A model generated the notes under the pieces. The model saw nothing but the letters and a program-made list of their open reading frames with translations. It ran no database searches and was not told where the DNA came from. From an uncultured Pelagibacteraceae bacterium (GTDB lineage Bacteria; Pseudomonadota; Alphaproteobacteria; Pelagibacterales; AG-422-B15), in the NCBI GenBank assembly GCA_902518955.1, contig CABYIR010000003.1, positions 17,259-81,258 of the forward strand: 64,000 bases of DNA. Direction: 5' to 3'. This document shows, piece after piece, positions 43,640-54,556 of this stretch. Numbering within the stretch: position 1 is the stretch's first letter; each line of letters starts with the position of its first letter. Position numbers and translations under genes: made by a program.

Positions 43640-44484
43640 TGTATCTTTAATTTTGACAGGTTTTTAACTATAAGTGGAATATTATCAACTAGGTCATCAG
43701 CTATTAATCCGGGCCCTAATAATTCACCTAACTGAGAATGGATCCAGGAACCGGCACAAGCTGCATCAAAAGCTTTCATTTTATTGTGTCCAATTAATGA
43801 TGATATTATTCCCGCTAAAACATCACCTGACCCCGCTGTAGCAAGATATGGGGCTTTAGAAGAGTTGATTACAACTTTACCTGAAGGATGAGCAATTACA
43901 GTGTCTGAACCTTTTAATAAAACAATGCTTCCTGCTTTTTTTGCCCCTTCAACTGTTCTAACCACTTTATCTTCTATGTTATTTATTTCATCTCCGAACA
44001 ATCTTTTAAATTCACCTTCATGTGGAGTGAGTATTGTATGTTCATATGTATCTATAAATAGTTCATCAGGGGAATTTTCAAAGCTAGTAATAGCATCGGC
44101 ATCAATGACAACATGATCAATAAAAGCAAGAGCTAATAGAGTTCTAGCTTTTGTTTCATCAGAGATAGTATTTCCAGGTCCTATCAAGACTGATGAGATT
44201 TTCTTGTCTTTAAGCATCGATTGAAATTCATTTTTATTCTGAATTACTGCAATCAACTCGACCGATATTTGAGGCTCCAAAATCTGAGCTGACTCTTTGT
44301 CACAAATGAGTTTTACTGCTCCTGCGCCAACTCTCATAGCGGCTCTTCCTGCGAGCCTAGCAGCACCAGTCTTGAATGCAGGACCTGAGTTAATTAATAC
44401 CAATCCTCTTGAATACTTATGATCAGTATTTCCGGGAAAAGGGAACTGGTCAATCCACAAGTCGGGGGAGTTTTTTAAAATCAT
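43636..44484 (-). CDS. nnrD: ADP-dependent NAD(P)H-hydrate dehydratase (stand-alone domain)
   Basis: HKYSRG, IGPG, IDADA, LTPHEGEF, LLKG, LATAGSGDVLAG. Confidence 0.92.
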   Translation of the reverse strand: MILKNSPDLWIDQFPFPGNTDHKYSRGLVLINSGPAFKTGAARLAGRAAMRVGAGAVKLICDKESAQILEPQISVELIAVIQNKNEFQSMLKDKKISSVLIGPGNTISDETKARTLLALAFIDHVVIDADAITSFENSPDELFIDTYEHTILTPHEGEFKRLFGDEINNIEDKVVRTVEGAKKAGSIVLLKGSDTVIAHPSGKVVINSSKAPYLATAGSGDVLAGIISSLIGHNKMKAFDAACAGSWIHSQLGELLGPGLIADDLVDNIPLIVKNLSKLKIQ

Positions 44485-44691
44485 GATATAATTCGCATCA
44501 TCTTAATAAATTCAATAGTTTGCTTATTACAATATTTTTAAGATATTTAAATAAATTATTGATTCAAATGAACTATTTAAAAATCTAAAATTATATAATA
44601 TTTTATAGAAATATTTGTGTCAATTTGGCATAAGTTCTAAATAGTGCAATGTTTTCTTTGTATCTAATTATAGTGCATTGCTCAATTTTAA

Positions 44692-45048
<357 letters not shown>

Positions 45049-45072
45049 TTTTTTTTAAGAAAGAAGGCATAC

Positions 45073-46044
45073 ATGAATACATTCGAATACATCTGGCTAG
45101 ATGGTTATCAACCTGAGCCTTTCATGAGAAGCAAAGTAAAAGCTACTGATCAAGGATCGGCACCAGATTGGTCATTTGATGGCTCATCTACAAAACAAGC
45201 AGAGGGTGGAAGTTCAGATTGTCTTCTATTACCAGTACAAACATATTCAAATCCCAATGGACATGATTTAGTTATGACTCAAGTTCAAGCTGCTGATCAT
45301 ACAACTCATCCATCAAATTTTAGAGCTGCTGCTGCTGAGGTAGTTACGGATGAATGGTGGTTTGGTTTTGAACAAGAATTCTTTTTTACAGATCCAAAAA
45401 ATGGCGAACCTCTTGGCTGGGAGTCTGGAACTCCAAGAGAACAAGGAGAATACTATTGTGGTGTTGGAGCAGGCAATGTTGTGGGTCGCGAAATTTCAGA
45501 TGCCCATTTACAAGCATGCTTAGATGTAGGCATAACTTTGACTGGAACTAATGCAGAGGTGGCACTTGGTCAATGGGAATATCAGTGCTTTGGTAAAGGA
45601 ATTAAGGCAGCAGATGACTTATGGGTTAGTCGATACCTTTTATTTAAAACTGCTGAAAAATATGGTATTGGCGTTAATATTCATCCAAAGCCAAAAACCG
45701 GTGACTGGAATGGTTCTGGAATGCACACCAATTTTTCTAATGAAGAAATGAGATCAAAGGGCTCAGAAGAATTATTTTCATCCATGTGTGAAAAACTAGG
45801 CAAGGTTCATGAAGATGGTATCGCATCATATGGCTCAGATAATGATATGAGACTAACTGGCCTCCATGAAACTCAAAATATCGAGCAATTTTCTTATGGA
45901 GTTAGTGATAGAGGAGCGAGTATTCGGATACCTGTTTATACAGTTGAAAATAACTGGAATGGTTATTTAGAAGATAGAAGACCTGCCTCAAACGCAGATC
46001 CATACAAAATACTTGCACATATTGTTGGAACTTTAACTAAGTAA
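45073..46044 (+). CDS. glnII: Glutamine synthetase type II
   Basis: EYIWLDG, WSFDGSST, NAEVALGQWEYQ, GDWNGSGMH, RLTGLHET, DRGASIRIP, YLEDRRPASN; 323 aa. Confidence 0.92.
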   Translation: MNTFEYIWLDGYQPEPFMRSKVKATDQGSAPDWSFDGSSTKQAEGGSSDCLLLPVQTYSNPNGHDLVMTQVQAADHTTHPSNFRAAAAEVVTDEWWFGFEQEFFFTDPKNGEPLGWESGTPREQGEYYCGVGAGNVVGREISDAHLQACLDVGITLTGTNAEVALGQWEYQCFGKGIKAADDLWVSRYLLFKTAEKYGIGVNIHPKPKTGDWNGSGMHTNFSNEEMRSKGSEELFSSMCEKLGKVHEDGIASYGSDNDMRLTGLHETQNIEQFSYGVSDRGASIRIPVYTVENNWNGYLEDRRPASNADPYKILAHIVGTLTK

Positions 46045-46085
46045 GCTGTAACATTAACTTAGTTAACGTTTTTAGGGGAGACAAC

Positions 46086-47495
46086 ATGACTACTGCAAGT
46101 GAAGCATTAAAGGTATTCAAAGATTCTGGCGCCAAATATTTAGATCTAAGATTTACTGATGTTAAAGGTAAATGGCAGCACCTAACAATGGATGGAACTG
46201 TTGTAGATGAAAATCTGTTAAATAGTGGTGTATTTTTTGATGGATCGTCTATTGCGGGATGGAAAGCAATAAATGAATCCGACATGGTTCTCAAGCCTGA
46301 TCTCTCATCAACAGTCATGGATCCATTCACAGCTCAGCCAACAATGATGATTTTTTGCGATATACTGGATGCAGTTACAAAAGAACCCTATGAAAGAGAT
46401 CCTCGTGGAACTGCAAGAAAAGCCGAAGAATATGTTAAATCAAGTGGTATGGGTGACACTATTTACATTGGGCCCGAAGCTGAGTTTTTTGTTTTTGATG
46501 ACGTTAAATTTCAAGTAGAAATGAATAAATCTAGTTTTGAAATCGATAGTGCCGAAGGGCCTTACAATAGTGCAAAAAATTATGAGAGTGGTAACCTTGG
46601 TCACAGACCGGGAGTCAAAGGTGGGTATTTTCCTGTTCCCCCAGTTGACAGTGCTCAAGATATTAGAACTGAGTTTCTTGAAGAATTAAAAAACTTAGGT
46701 CTTAAGATGGAAAAGCATCACCATGAGGTTGCTCCAAGCCAACATGAGCTTGGTTTATTGTTTAACACCCTCTTAAAACAAGGAGATGGGATTCAATTAT
46801 ATAAATATGGTGTACACATGGTTGCTAATTCTTTTGGTAAAACAGCTACGTTTATGCCAAAGCCTGTAAAGGGTGACAATGGGTCTGGTATGCATGTGCA
46901 TCAATCAATTTGGAAAGATGGAAAACCTCTTTTTGCAGGGGATGGATATGCGGGATTATCTGAAACTGCTCTTTATTATATTGGAGGTATAATTAAACAT
47001 GGTAAGGCACTTAATGCTTTTACAAACCCGAGCACTAATAGTTATAAGCGTCTTATTCCTGGATTTGAAGCACCTGTGATACTGGTTTACTCAGCAAGGA
47101 ATAGATCAGCTTCTTGTAGAATACCTGTATCTGATAGCCCTAAAGGAAAAAGAGTTGAAGTAAGGTTTCCTGATCCAACTGCAAATCCATACTTGGCATT
47201 TGCTGCAATGCTTATGGCAGGAATGGATGGAATAAAAAATAAAATTCATCCGGGAGATGCGAGTGATCAAGATCTTTATGAGCTCTCAGATAGTGAAGTT
47301 GCAAAATTGCCAACCGTTTGTGGCTCTTTAAGAGAAGCTTTAGAGTCAGTTGATCAAGATAGAGCATTTTTAACTGAAGCTGGCGTTTTTACTGATGATC
47401 AAATTGACGGTTACATAGATCTCAAAATGCAAGAAGTATATGATTTAGAGCACTCTCCTCACCCTGTAGAGTTTAAGAATTACTTCAGTGTATAG
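46086..47495 (+). CDS. glnA: Glutamine synthetase type I
   Basis: FDGSSIAGW, HHHEVA, ATFMPKP, RNRSASCRIP, DLYEL adenylylation site; strong SD. Confidence 0.97.
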   Translation: MTTASEALKVFKDSGAKYLDLRFTDVKGKWQHLTMDGTVVDENLLNSGVFFDGSSIAGWKAINESDMVLKPDLSSTVMDPFTAQPTMMIFCDILDAVTKEPYERDPRGTARKAEEYVKSSGMGDTIYIGPEAEFFVFDDVKFQVEMNKSSFEIDSAEGPYNSAKNYESGNLGHRPGVKGGYFPVPPVDSAQDIRTEFLEELKNLGLKMEKHHHEVAPSQHELGLLFNTLLKQGDGIQLYKYGVHMVANSFGKTATFMPKPVKGDNGSGMHVHQSIWKDGKPLFAGDGYAGLSETALYYIGGIIKHGKALNAFTNPSTNSYKRLIPGFEAPVILVYSARNRSASCRIPVSDSPKGKRVEVRFPDPTANPYLAFAAMLMAGMDGIKNKIHPGDASDQDLYELSDSEVAKLPTVCGSLREALESVDQDRAFLTEAGVFTDDQIDGYIDLKMQEVYDLEHSPHPVEFKNYFSV

Positions 47496-47531
47496 CTCTG
47501 AAAACTTATTTAGATATGGAGTCTTATTATT

Positions 47532-48116
47532 ATGAAAAAAATTGATTTCTGGTTTTCAATTGGTAGCACTTATACTTACCTTTCTGTAAGTAGGATTTCA
47601 AAAATTGAAGATGAACAGCAAGTTTCTTTTGCATGGAACCCTTTTAGTGTACGAAAATTAATGATGGAAATGAATAATATTCCATTCACTCCTCCTGAAA
47701 AAAAAGTTAAATCAGATTACATGTGGAGAGATATATCACGAAGAGCAAAAAATTATAATTTAAGTCCAATAATACCGGCTCCGTACCCTCTCAAGAATTT
47801 TGATTTAGCAAATCAAATTGCTGTGCATGGTATTAATGAAGGATGGTGCGAAAAGTATGTAAGATTAACTTACAAATATTGGTTTGAAAGTGGGATTGAA
47901 GCTGGATCAGAAGAGTGTATTGAAAAGATTTCAAAAGATATGAATTTTAATCCTAACGATCTAATAGAAAATTCAAGTTCAAATAATATTATTGAAAAAT
48001 ACAATGCTCAAACTGACAAGGCCAGAGAGCTTGGGATATTTGGTTCCCCCAGCTTCATATCAAGTGGAGAGATATTTTGGGGTGACGATAGATTAGAAGA
48101 TGCTATAAACTGGTAA
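47532..48116 (+). CDS. DsbA-like / 2-hydroxychromene-2-carboxylate isomerase (kappa GST) family protein
   Basis: IDFWFSIGSTYTY, GIFGSPSF, FWGDDRL. Confidence 0.88.
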   Translation: MKKIDFWFSIGSTYTYLSVSRISKIEDEQQVSFAWNPFSVRKLMMEMNNIPFTPPEKKVKSDYMWRDISRRAKNYNLSPIIPAPYPLKNFDLANQIAVHGINEGWCEKYVRLTYKYWFESGIEAGSEECIEKISKDMNFNPNDLIENSSSNNIIEKYNAQTDKARELGIFGSPSFISSGEIFWGDDRLEDAINW

Positions 48117-48117
48117 T

Positions 48118-49293
48118 ATGGAATTAACCTCTCAACATGAAGAACTTAAAAGATCAGCAATTAAGTTTGTTGATACTGAAATTAACCCTTACGTAGATCA
48201 ATGGGAAGAAGATGAAATCTTTCCTGCGCATGAAGTATTTAAAAAATTAGGTGAAAATGGATTTCTAGGGGTAACAAAACCAGAAAAATATGGTGGATCA
48301 GGTCTTGATTACTCGTACGGCGCTGTTCTTAATGAAGCATTGGCAAGTATAAAGTGTGGAGGTGTGCCAATGGCAATTGGTGTTCAAACTGATATGTCCA
48401 CTCCTGCTCTAGCAAGATTTGGATCTGAACATGTCTGTGAAAACTTTCTTCGGCCATCTATTTCAGGAGAATTTGTCTCATGTATTGGTGTTTCGGAGCC
48501 ACATGCAGGCTCTGATGTCGCAGCAATAAAAACAACGGCAGTAAAAGATGGCGATGACTACATTATAAATGGGTCAAAAATGTGGATTACTAATGGAACT
48601 CAGGCTGATTGGATGTGCATGTTAGTAAATACTGGAAGCTCTTCGGAAAATCGCCATCTAAATAAATCTTTAATATGTGTTCCGCTAAAAGAAAATGGCG
48701 AAAGAGTTAAAGGCGTAACAATTAATCGAAAATTAAAAAAGATGGGAATGCATTCTTCAGATACTGCAGAAATTTTTTTTGAAGATGTTCGCGTACCTAC
48801 TAAAAATCTTATTGGCGAGGAAGGCAAGGGTTTTGTTTATCAAATGATACAGTTCCAAGAAGAAAGGCTTTATGCAGCTATTGGAAATTACTCTGGTTGT
48901 GAAAATATCATCAATGAAACAATTGAATATACTCGTCAGCGTAAAACTTTTGGTAAACCAATAATAGATAATCAGATTGTTCACTTTAGACTGTCAGAAT
49001 TAATGACTGAAGTTGAAGCACTAAAGGCCCTTACATGGAAAGGAATTGAGATTCATGTAAATGGAGGTGACTGCACCAAACTAGCATCTATGTCAAAGTT
49101 GAAATCTACTAGATTAGCAAGAGAAGTTAATGATGCTTGCCTTCAATACTGGGGTGGTATGGGTTTTATGGATGAAACTCCAGTATCAAGAGCTTATCGA
49201 GATCAACGATTAGGTTCAATTGGTGGTGGTTCAGATGAAGTTATGCTTGGGATTATTTCGAAGTATTTAGATATTTTACCAGGTAAAAACTAA
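48118..49293 (+). CDS. atuD: Acyl-CoA dehydrogenase, AtuD (citronellyl-CoA dehydrogenase)-like
   Basis: CGGVPMAIGVQTDM, PALARFGS, QFQEERL, CLQYWGGMGF recall Pseudomonas AtuD. Confidence 0.75.
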   Translation: MELTSQHEELKRSAIKFVDTEINPYVDQWEEDEIFPAHEVFKKLGENGFLGVTKPEKYGGSGLDYSYGAVLNEALASIKCGGVPMAIGVQTDMSTPALARFGSEHVCENFLRPSISGEFVSCIGVSEPHAGSDVAAIKTTAVKDGDDYIINGSKMWITNGTQADWMCMLVNTGSSSENRHLNKSLICVPLKENGERVKGVTINRKLKKMGMHSSDTAEIFFEDVRVPTKNLIGEEGKGFVYQMIQFQEERLYAAIGNYSGCENIINETIEYTRQRKTFGKPIIDNQIVHFRLSELMTEVEALKALTWKGIEIHVNGGDCTKLASMSKLKSTRLAREVNDACLQYWGGMGFMDETPVSRAYRDQRLGSIGGGSDEVMLGIISKYLDILPGKN

Positions 49294-49295
49294 AT

Positions 49296-50915
49296 CTACA
49301 TTCGTCCAACTCCAAATGAATTTGGACGTAAATCTCTTTTTTCAGAGTCGCAAACGATATTTAAACATTCGCCTAAAATTTTCCTTGTATCTCTTGGATC
49401 AATTATGCCATCATCCCAAATTCTTGCAGTTGCGAATAAGGCTTCGCCTTCTTCTTTGTAAGTATCAATTATTTTTTGTTCGATTGCCTTAATCATTTCC
49501 ATATTAGGCTCTTCTCCTCTTCTCTTAGCAGACTCAACTGCAACTTGTGACATGGTTTTTCCCGCCTGCTCACCACCCATCACGCTCAATTTATTATTAG
49601 GCCATGAAAATAAAAATCTGGGATCAAATGATCTACCGGCCATACCATATTCACCCGCTCCAAACGATGCACCAATTCGTAATGTGATTTTTGGAACTGT
49701 ACAATTTGTAACAGCTTGTATCATTTTTGATCCATGCTTAATAATTCCTCTTCTCTCTTCTTTTGTTCCAACCATATAGCCAGTCGTATTTTGTAAAAAA
49801 ATAAGCGGTGTATTATGCTTTGAGCATAATTGAATAAACTGAGCTGCCTTAACAGCGCCATCAGCAAAAATCGGTCCATTGTTTCCAACAATACCAACTT
49901 TGTAGCCGTGAATTCGTGCAGTGCCTGTAACAGTTTGTTTTCCAAATTCAGGTTTAAAATCTAAATATTCTGAGCCATCAACTATACGAGCGATGACCTC
50001 TCGAACATCATAAGGTTTTTTATAATCTGTAGGTACTACACCTATAAGTTCATCAGGGGAATAAATAGGTTCACTAAAATTTTCATTTTTGGTTGACATA
50101 AATCCATCGTTCCACCCTAAGTTTTTAACAACTTCTCTACATTTTTTAATTGCTTCAGCGTCATCATTAGCTATGTATTCAGCTAAACCAGAAACTGTAT
50201 AATGCATCTCTGCGCCTCCGAGTTCTTCATCTGTAGCAATTTCACCTAATGCTGCCTTTAGCAATGGTGGGCCCGCCAAAAATATTTTAGATCTATTTTT
50301 AACTACAATGACTTGATCTGATAATCCAGGTGTGTATGCGCCTCCAGCAGTAGAATTGCCATGAACTACTGCAATTGTAGGTATACCCATAGCAGACATT
50401 TTAGCTAAGTTTGCAAAACTACGTCCACCTGGCAAAAAAACTTCCGATTGTCTAAAGAGATTTGCCCCTGCGCTTTCAACAAGACTAATTAATGGAAGCT
50501 TATTTTCTTTTATGATTTCAGCTCCTCGAAGCGCTTTAACAACACCCATTTCTGTCATGCTTCCGCCCTTAATTCCAGAGTCTGAAGCGCTGACCATACA
50601 TCTTACGCCTGATACATATCCTATTCCACTAATACCACCGCCTCCTGAAATATTTTTATCTCCATCATCATCTCCCATTTTATATCCAGCAAGAGTAGAA
50701 AGGGGTATGAAATAGCTATCAGGGTCTAAAAGAGCTGCAAGCCTTTCTCTTGGAAGAAGCTGACCTCTCTTTTCAAATTTTGGCTTGGCTCTCTCAGAAT
50801 TATCAGCGATTTTTTTTTCTAAAGATCTAAATTCATTGATTAATTCTATATGATCCGCTTCATTCTTTTTAAAAGAATTAGAGTTTATCATTATTTTTGA
50901 TTCAATAACTGGCAT
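49296..50915 (-). CDS. atuC: Acyl-CoA carboxylase beta subunit, AtuC (geranyl-CoA carboxylase)-like; start set at MPVIES
   Basis: KFEKRGQLLPRERL, TAGGAYTPGLSD, FLAGPPLLKAA, DDGIIDPRDTR. Confidence 0.75.
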   Translation of the reverse strand: MPVIESKIMINSNSFKKNEADHIELINEFRSLEKKIADNSERAKPKFEKRGQLLPRERLAALLDPDSYFIPLSTLAGYKMGDDDGDKNISGGGGISGIGYVSGVRCMVSASDSGIKGGSMTEMGVVKALRGAEIIKENKLPLISLVESAGANLFRQSEVFLPGGRSFANLAKMSAMGIPTIAVVHGNSTAGGAYTPGLSDQVIVVKNRSKIFLAGPPLLKAALGEIATDEELGGAEMHYTVSGLAEYIANDDAEAIKKCREVVKNLGWNDGFMSTKNENFSEPIYSPDELIGVVPTDYKKPYDVREVIARIVDGSEYLDFKPEFGKQTVTGTARIHGYKVGIVGNNGPIFADGAVKAAQFIQLCSKHNTPLIFLQNTTGYMVGTKEERRGIIKHGSKMIQAVTNCTVPKITLRIGASFGAGEYGMAGRSFDPRFLFSWPNNKLSVMGGEQAGKTMSQVAVESAKRRGEEPNMEMIKAIEQKIIDTYKEEGEALFATARIWDDGIIDPRDTRKILGECLNIVCDSEKRDLRPNSFGVGRM

Positions 50916-50994
50916 AAATAATCCAAAAAAAATATTTCGATAGACTAATAAAATATACCACAATGTAAAGAATCTAATAATATCAACACTATTA

Positions 50995-52977
50995 ATGGTC
51001 AAAAAAACAAAAAAAAGAGCTAAGTTGGCAAAAAAAACAACAAAAGCTAAGAATACAAATTATACCGCTAAAGACATAGAGGTTCTTGAGGGCCTTGAAC
51101 CTGTTCGTAAAAGACCAGGAATGTATATTGGCGGAACAGATGTGCATGCCATGCATCATTTAGTAAGCGAGGTCCTTGACAATTCAATGGATGAAGTGGT
51201 TTCAGGTCATGCAAATAAAGTCAATATTAATTTAATTGATAGCACAACAATTGAAATTTCTGATAATGGTCGAGGTATACCAGTTGATAAACATCCAAAG
51301 TTTAAACTTCCAGCCGTAGAGGTCATTCTCACAACACTTCACTCTGGTGGAAAATTTTCTAATAAAAATTATCAAACTTCAGGTGGCTTACACGGCGTTG
51401 GTGTTTCAGTTGTTAACGCCTTGTCAAAAAAACTAGACCTTGAAATTGCGAGAGATAAGAGATTTTATACTCAAACTTACTCAAGAGGGGTTAAAAAAAA
51501 TAAATTAAAAACTATTTCACGTGGAAGTATTAAAAAAGGTACAAAAATAAAATTTACTCCTGATGATGAAATTTTTGGAAAAGAAAATTTTGACTCATCT
51601 ATTATTTACAATATTGCAAAAGCAAAGGCCTATTTAATCCCAAATGTTGAGATTAATTGGTCGTGTCCAAAAAATTTAGTTAAAAAAAATATACCGACGC
51701 AGGACAGACTTCATTATGCAAAAGGGATTCATGATTACTTATTTGCGTTAGTAAATCCAAACGAACCTATTTTTGACGAAGAATTCTACTTTAAGACCAA
51801 TATTGACGATGAAGGAAATAGTATAGAAGGAATTATAAATTGGTTTGATGCAATAGAACCAATTAACCAGTCATATTGCAACACTATACAAACACCTTTG
51901 GGCGGAACTCATGAAAATGGTTTTAAAAATGGTATGTTTAAAGCATTTAAAGACTATTCAAAAATTAAATTTGAGAGAAAAGCCTCTCAAATTACACAAG
52001 ATGATATTTTTGGATCGTCAGCTTCTATATTATCAATATTTATTGAAAACCCTGAATTTCAAGGCCAAACAAAAGAAAAACTATCTAGTATTGAGCCAGG
52101 CAAAAAGATTGAATTAAAAATTAAACAACTATTTGAACAATGGTTAGCAAAAAAAACAAAAACAGCTGAACAATTATTCTATTATGCCTTTAACCGATCT
52201 CAAATCAGACTTCAAAATAAATCAGAGCTTGCAATTGAACGACAAGTAAAAAGAAAAAAAATTACACTACCCGGTAAACTTGCCGATTGCACTATTAGTG
52301 GCAACAAAGGCACTGAACTTTTTTTAGTTGAAGGTGACTCAGCTGGTGGATCAGCTAAGCAGGCAAGAGATAGGCAGACGCAGGCTATACTTCCCTTAAG
52401 AGGCAAGATACTCAATGTAATAAGTGCATCTAGAGATAAAATAAATGCCAATCAGGAAATTGTTGATCTCATACAAGCCCTTGGCTGTAAAAGAGGCGAT
52501 AATTATAACTCTAAAGATATTAGATATGAAAAGATAATCATTATGACAGATGCTGATGTAGATGGAGCCCATATCGCTACTCTTCTAATGGGATTTTTCT
52601 ATAATGAATTTCCTAAATTAATTGATGATGGCCAACTTTATTTGTCTGTTCCCCCTCTATTTAAAATATCTAAAGGAGGTAAAATCTTTTACGCGGTAAG
52701 TGAAAGTCATAAAGATGACATAGTGAAAAATGAATTTAAAAATTCTGAAAATATTGAAATAAATCGATTTAAGGGTCTAGGTGAAATGATGCCAGCTCAA
52801 TTAAAAGAAACAACAATGTCTCCTGAAAATAGAACATTGCTTAAAGTTCAGATTGCCTCAAAAGATAAGAAAAAAACTAAGAAATCTGTAGAAGCCCTCA
52901 TGGGGAAAAAACCAGAGCTGAGGTTTAAGTTTATAACTGAAAATTCAAAAGGAGTTTCTGCAGAAAATATTCTTTAA
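50995..52977 (+). CDS. parE: DNA topoisomerase IV subunit B
   Basis: VRKRPGMYIG, EGDSAGG, PLRGKILN, MTDADVDG; 660 aa without the GyrB insertion; SYCNT..GGTHE. Confidence 0.9.
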   Translation: MVKKTKKRAKLAKKTTKAKNTNYTAKDIEVLEGLEPVRKRPGMYIGGTDVHAMHHLVSEVLDNSMDEVVSGHANKVNINLIDSTTIEISDNGRGIPVDKHPKFKLPAVEVILTTLHSGGKFSNKNYQTSGGLHGVGVSVVNALSKKLDLEIARDKRFYTQTYSRGVKKNKLKTISRGSIKKGTKIKFTPDDEIFGKENFDSSIIYNIAKAKAYLIPNVEINWSCPKNLVKKNIPTQDRLHYAKGIHDYLFALVNPNEPIFDEEFYFKTNIDDEGNSIEGIINWFDAIEPINQSYCNTIQTPLGGTHENGFKNGMFKAFKDYSKIKFERKASQITQDDIFGSSASILSIFIENPEFQGQTKEKLSSIEPGKKIELKIKQLFEQWLAKKTKTAEQLFYYAFNRSQIRLQNKSELAIERQVKRKKITLPGKLADCTISGNKGTELFLVEGDSAGGSAKQARDRQTQAILPLRGKILNVISASRDKINANQEIVDLIQALGCKRGDNYNSKDIRYEKIIIMTDADVDGAHIATLLMGFFYNEFPKLIDDGQLYLSVPPLFKISKGGKIFYAVSESHKDDIVKNEFKNSENIEINRFKGLGEMMPAQLKETTMSPENRTLLKVQIASKDKKKTKKSVEALMGKKPELRFKFITENSKGVSAENIL

Positions 52978-54431
52978 GCTAAATTCTTTATATTTTTTTC
53001 TGTTTTTTCACTATAAGGAGCTGAAACCATTTTTCCAGCATCAATTAAATTTTGTCCTTTTAATACTGCTCTTTTATGACTGAAATTGCGATATCCATCA
53101 TGACCATGGTATGACCCTGAGCCACTTGGGCCCACTCCTCCGAATGGAAGGTCATGCATTGAAAATTGAAAAAGAACATCGTTGGTCACAAGTTGTCCTG
53201 ATGTAGTTTTATTTAAAAGATCGTCAACTTCTTTTGCATCATCACCAAAATAATAAAGAGCAAGTGCTTTTGGGTTATGATTTACATATTTAATAGTTTC
53301 ATCAAAATTTTTATATGACATAACAGGCAAGATAGGTCCAAAAATTTCATTTTTCATAACCTCCATATCATCAGTTGGATTAAGAATTAATGTTGGAGGG
53401 ATTTTATGATGTTCTTGTTGTGTAAGATCTTCATTAGCAGGATTGATTTCTACAATTTCTGCACCTTTAGATTTTGCATCCGAAATATATGATCTTAATC
53501 TTTCATAATGATTCAAATGAATGATTGAAGTGTAATCAGGATTATTCTTCAGAGTTTCGTATGACTCTTGTACATATGACTTAGCATGCTCAACAAACTC
53601 ATTCTCTTTTCCTTCAGGAAGAAATACGTAATCAGGCGAAATACATATCTGACCAGCATTAAGCAATTTACCCATCATAATTTTATCAACACTTTTCTTC
53701 ATTTTAGCTTTAGGGCCAACGATAACTGGAGACTTTCCACCAAGCTCGAGTGTGAGGGGAACTAAATTTTCAGATGCTTCATAGGCAATTTTTTTTGCTA
53801 TATGAGTTGATCCAGTAAATAATAAATGATCAAAAGCAAGACCAGCAAAAGACTGAGATGTTTGAGGCCCGCCATTGATTACAACCACTTCATCATCATT
53901 AAAGTATTCTTTTACTAACTTTTCAGTCAAATCAGATGTTTCAGGAACAAACTCTGATAATTTCATCATTGCATTATTTCCAGCGGCAAATACTTCAACC
54001 AATGGGCCTAAACTCAAATTAAGTGGAAAGTTCCATGGTGAGATAATCCCTACAACTCCGTAAGGTTGATTATGAATAAATGCTTTGGCGCCCAGCAATC
54101 CTAGAGGGAAATTAGGTTTTCTTTTTTCAGGCTTCATCCATTTACTTAAATTTTTTGAAATATGTTTTGCGCTAGCAATGATAGGCAAAGTATCTGACAG
54201 TAAGCTTAGTTGCTCATGCCTTGTTCCAAAATCATTCTGTAAAGCCTTGTGGATATCTTCTGAGTTTTCCTCTACAAGAAGTTTTAATCTGTTTATTCTA
54301 TCTATTCTCTCTTTATAATTAGGATAGTCACCATTTTGAAATCTTTTTTTGAGACTATTGAGAATTCTCTCTAATTCATCCTTAGATACTTCAGGATAAT
54401 CTGATGCTACACTTACTCCACCTAAACCCAT
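52974..54431 (-). CDS. Aldehyde dehydrogenase (coniferyl-aldehyde/ALDH3-like)
   Basis: PWNFP, FTGS, LELGGKSP, NAGQIC, EIFGP, PFGGVG. Confidence 0.93.
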   Translation of the reverse strand: MGLGGVSVASDYPEVSKDELERILNSLKKRFQNGDYPNYKERIDRINRLKLLVEENSEDIHKALQNDFGTRHEQLSLLSDTLPIIASAKHISKNLSKWMKPEKRKPNFPLGLLGAKAFIHNQPYGVVGIISPWNFPLNLSLGPLVEVFAAGNNAMMKLSEFVPETSDLTEKLVKEYFNDDEVVVINGGPQTSQSFAGLAFDHLLFTGSTHIAKKIAYEASENLVPLTLELGGKSPVIVGPKAKMKKSVDKIMMGKLLNAGQICISPDYVFLPEGKENEFVEHAKSYVQESYETLKNNPDYTSIIHLNHYERLRSYISDAKSKGAEIVEINPANEDLTQQEHHKIPPTLILNPTDDMEVMKNEIFGPILPVMSYKNFDETIKYVNHNPKALALYYFGDDAKEVDDLLNKTTSGQLVTNDVLFQFSMHDLPFGGVGPSGSGSYHGHDGYRNFSHKRAVLKGQNLIDAGKMVSAPYSEKTEKNIKNLA

Positions 54432-54495
54432 ATGTTTACCTCTTTAAATTATTTAGATCGTATAGAAATTATAAGTATAATTCAATTAGAATATA

Positions 54496-54523
54496 TTGAC
54501 ACTTAATACGTCGATATTATGAT
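54496..54523 (+). promoter_or_regulatory. Putative sigma70 promoter of the crotonase gene
   Basis: TTGACA-N16-TATGAT ending 33 bp before the ATG. Confidence 0.65.
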
Positions 54524-54556
54524 CTTACTAATCTTTTTATTATAATTTTTTTATTT

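Noticed and set aside
44625-44640. TTGGCA as a sigma54 promoter for glnB
   Set aside because: The -12 position reads AA rather than GC
50916-51002. Apparent head-to-head overlap of the carboxylase ORF with parE
   Set aside because: An artefact of longest-ORF calling; homology starts at MPVIES (50915)
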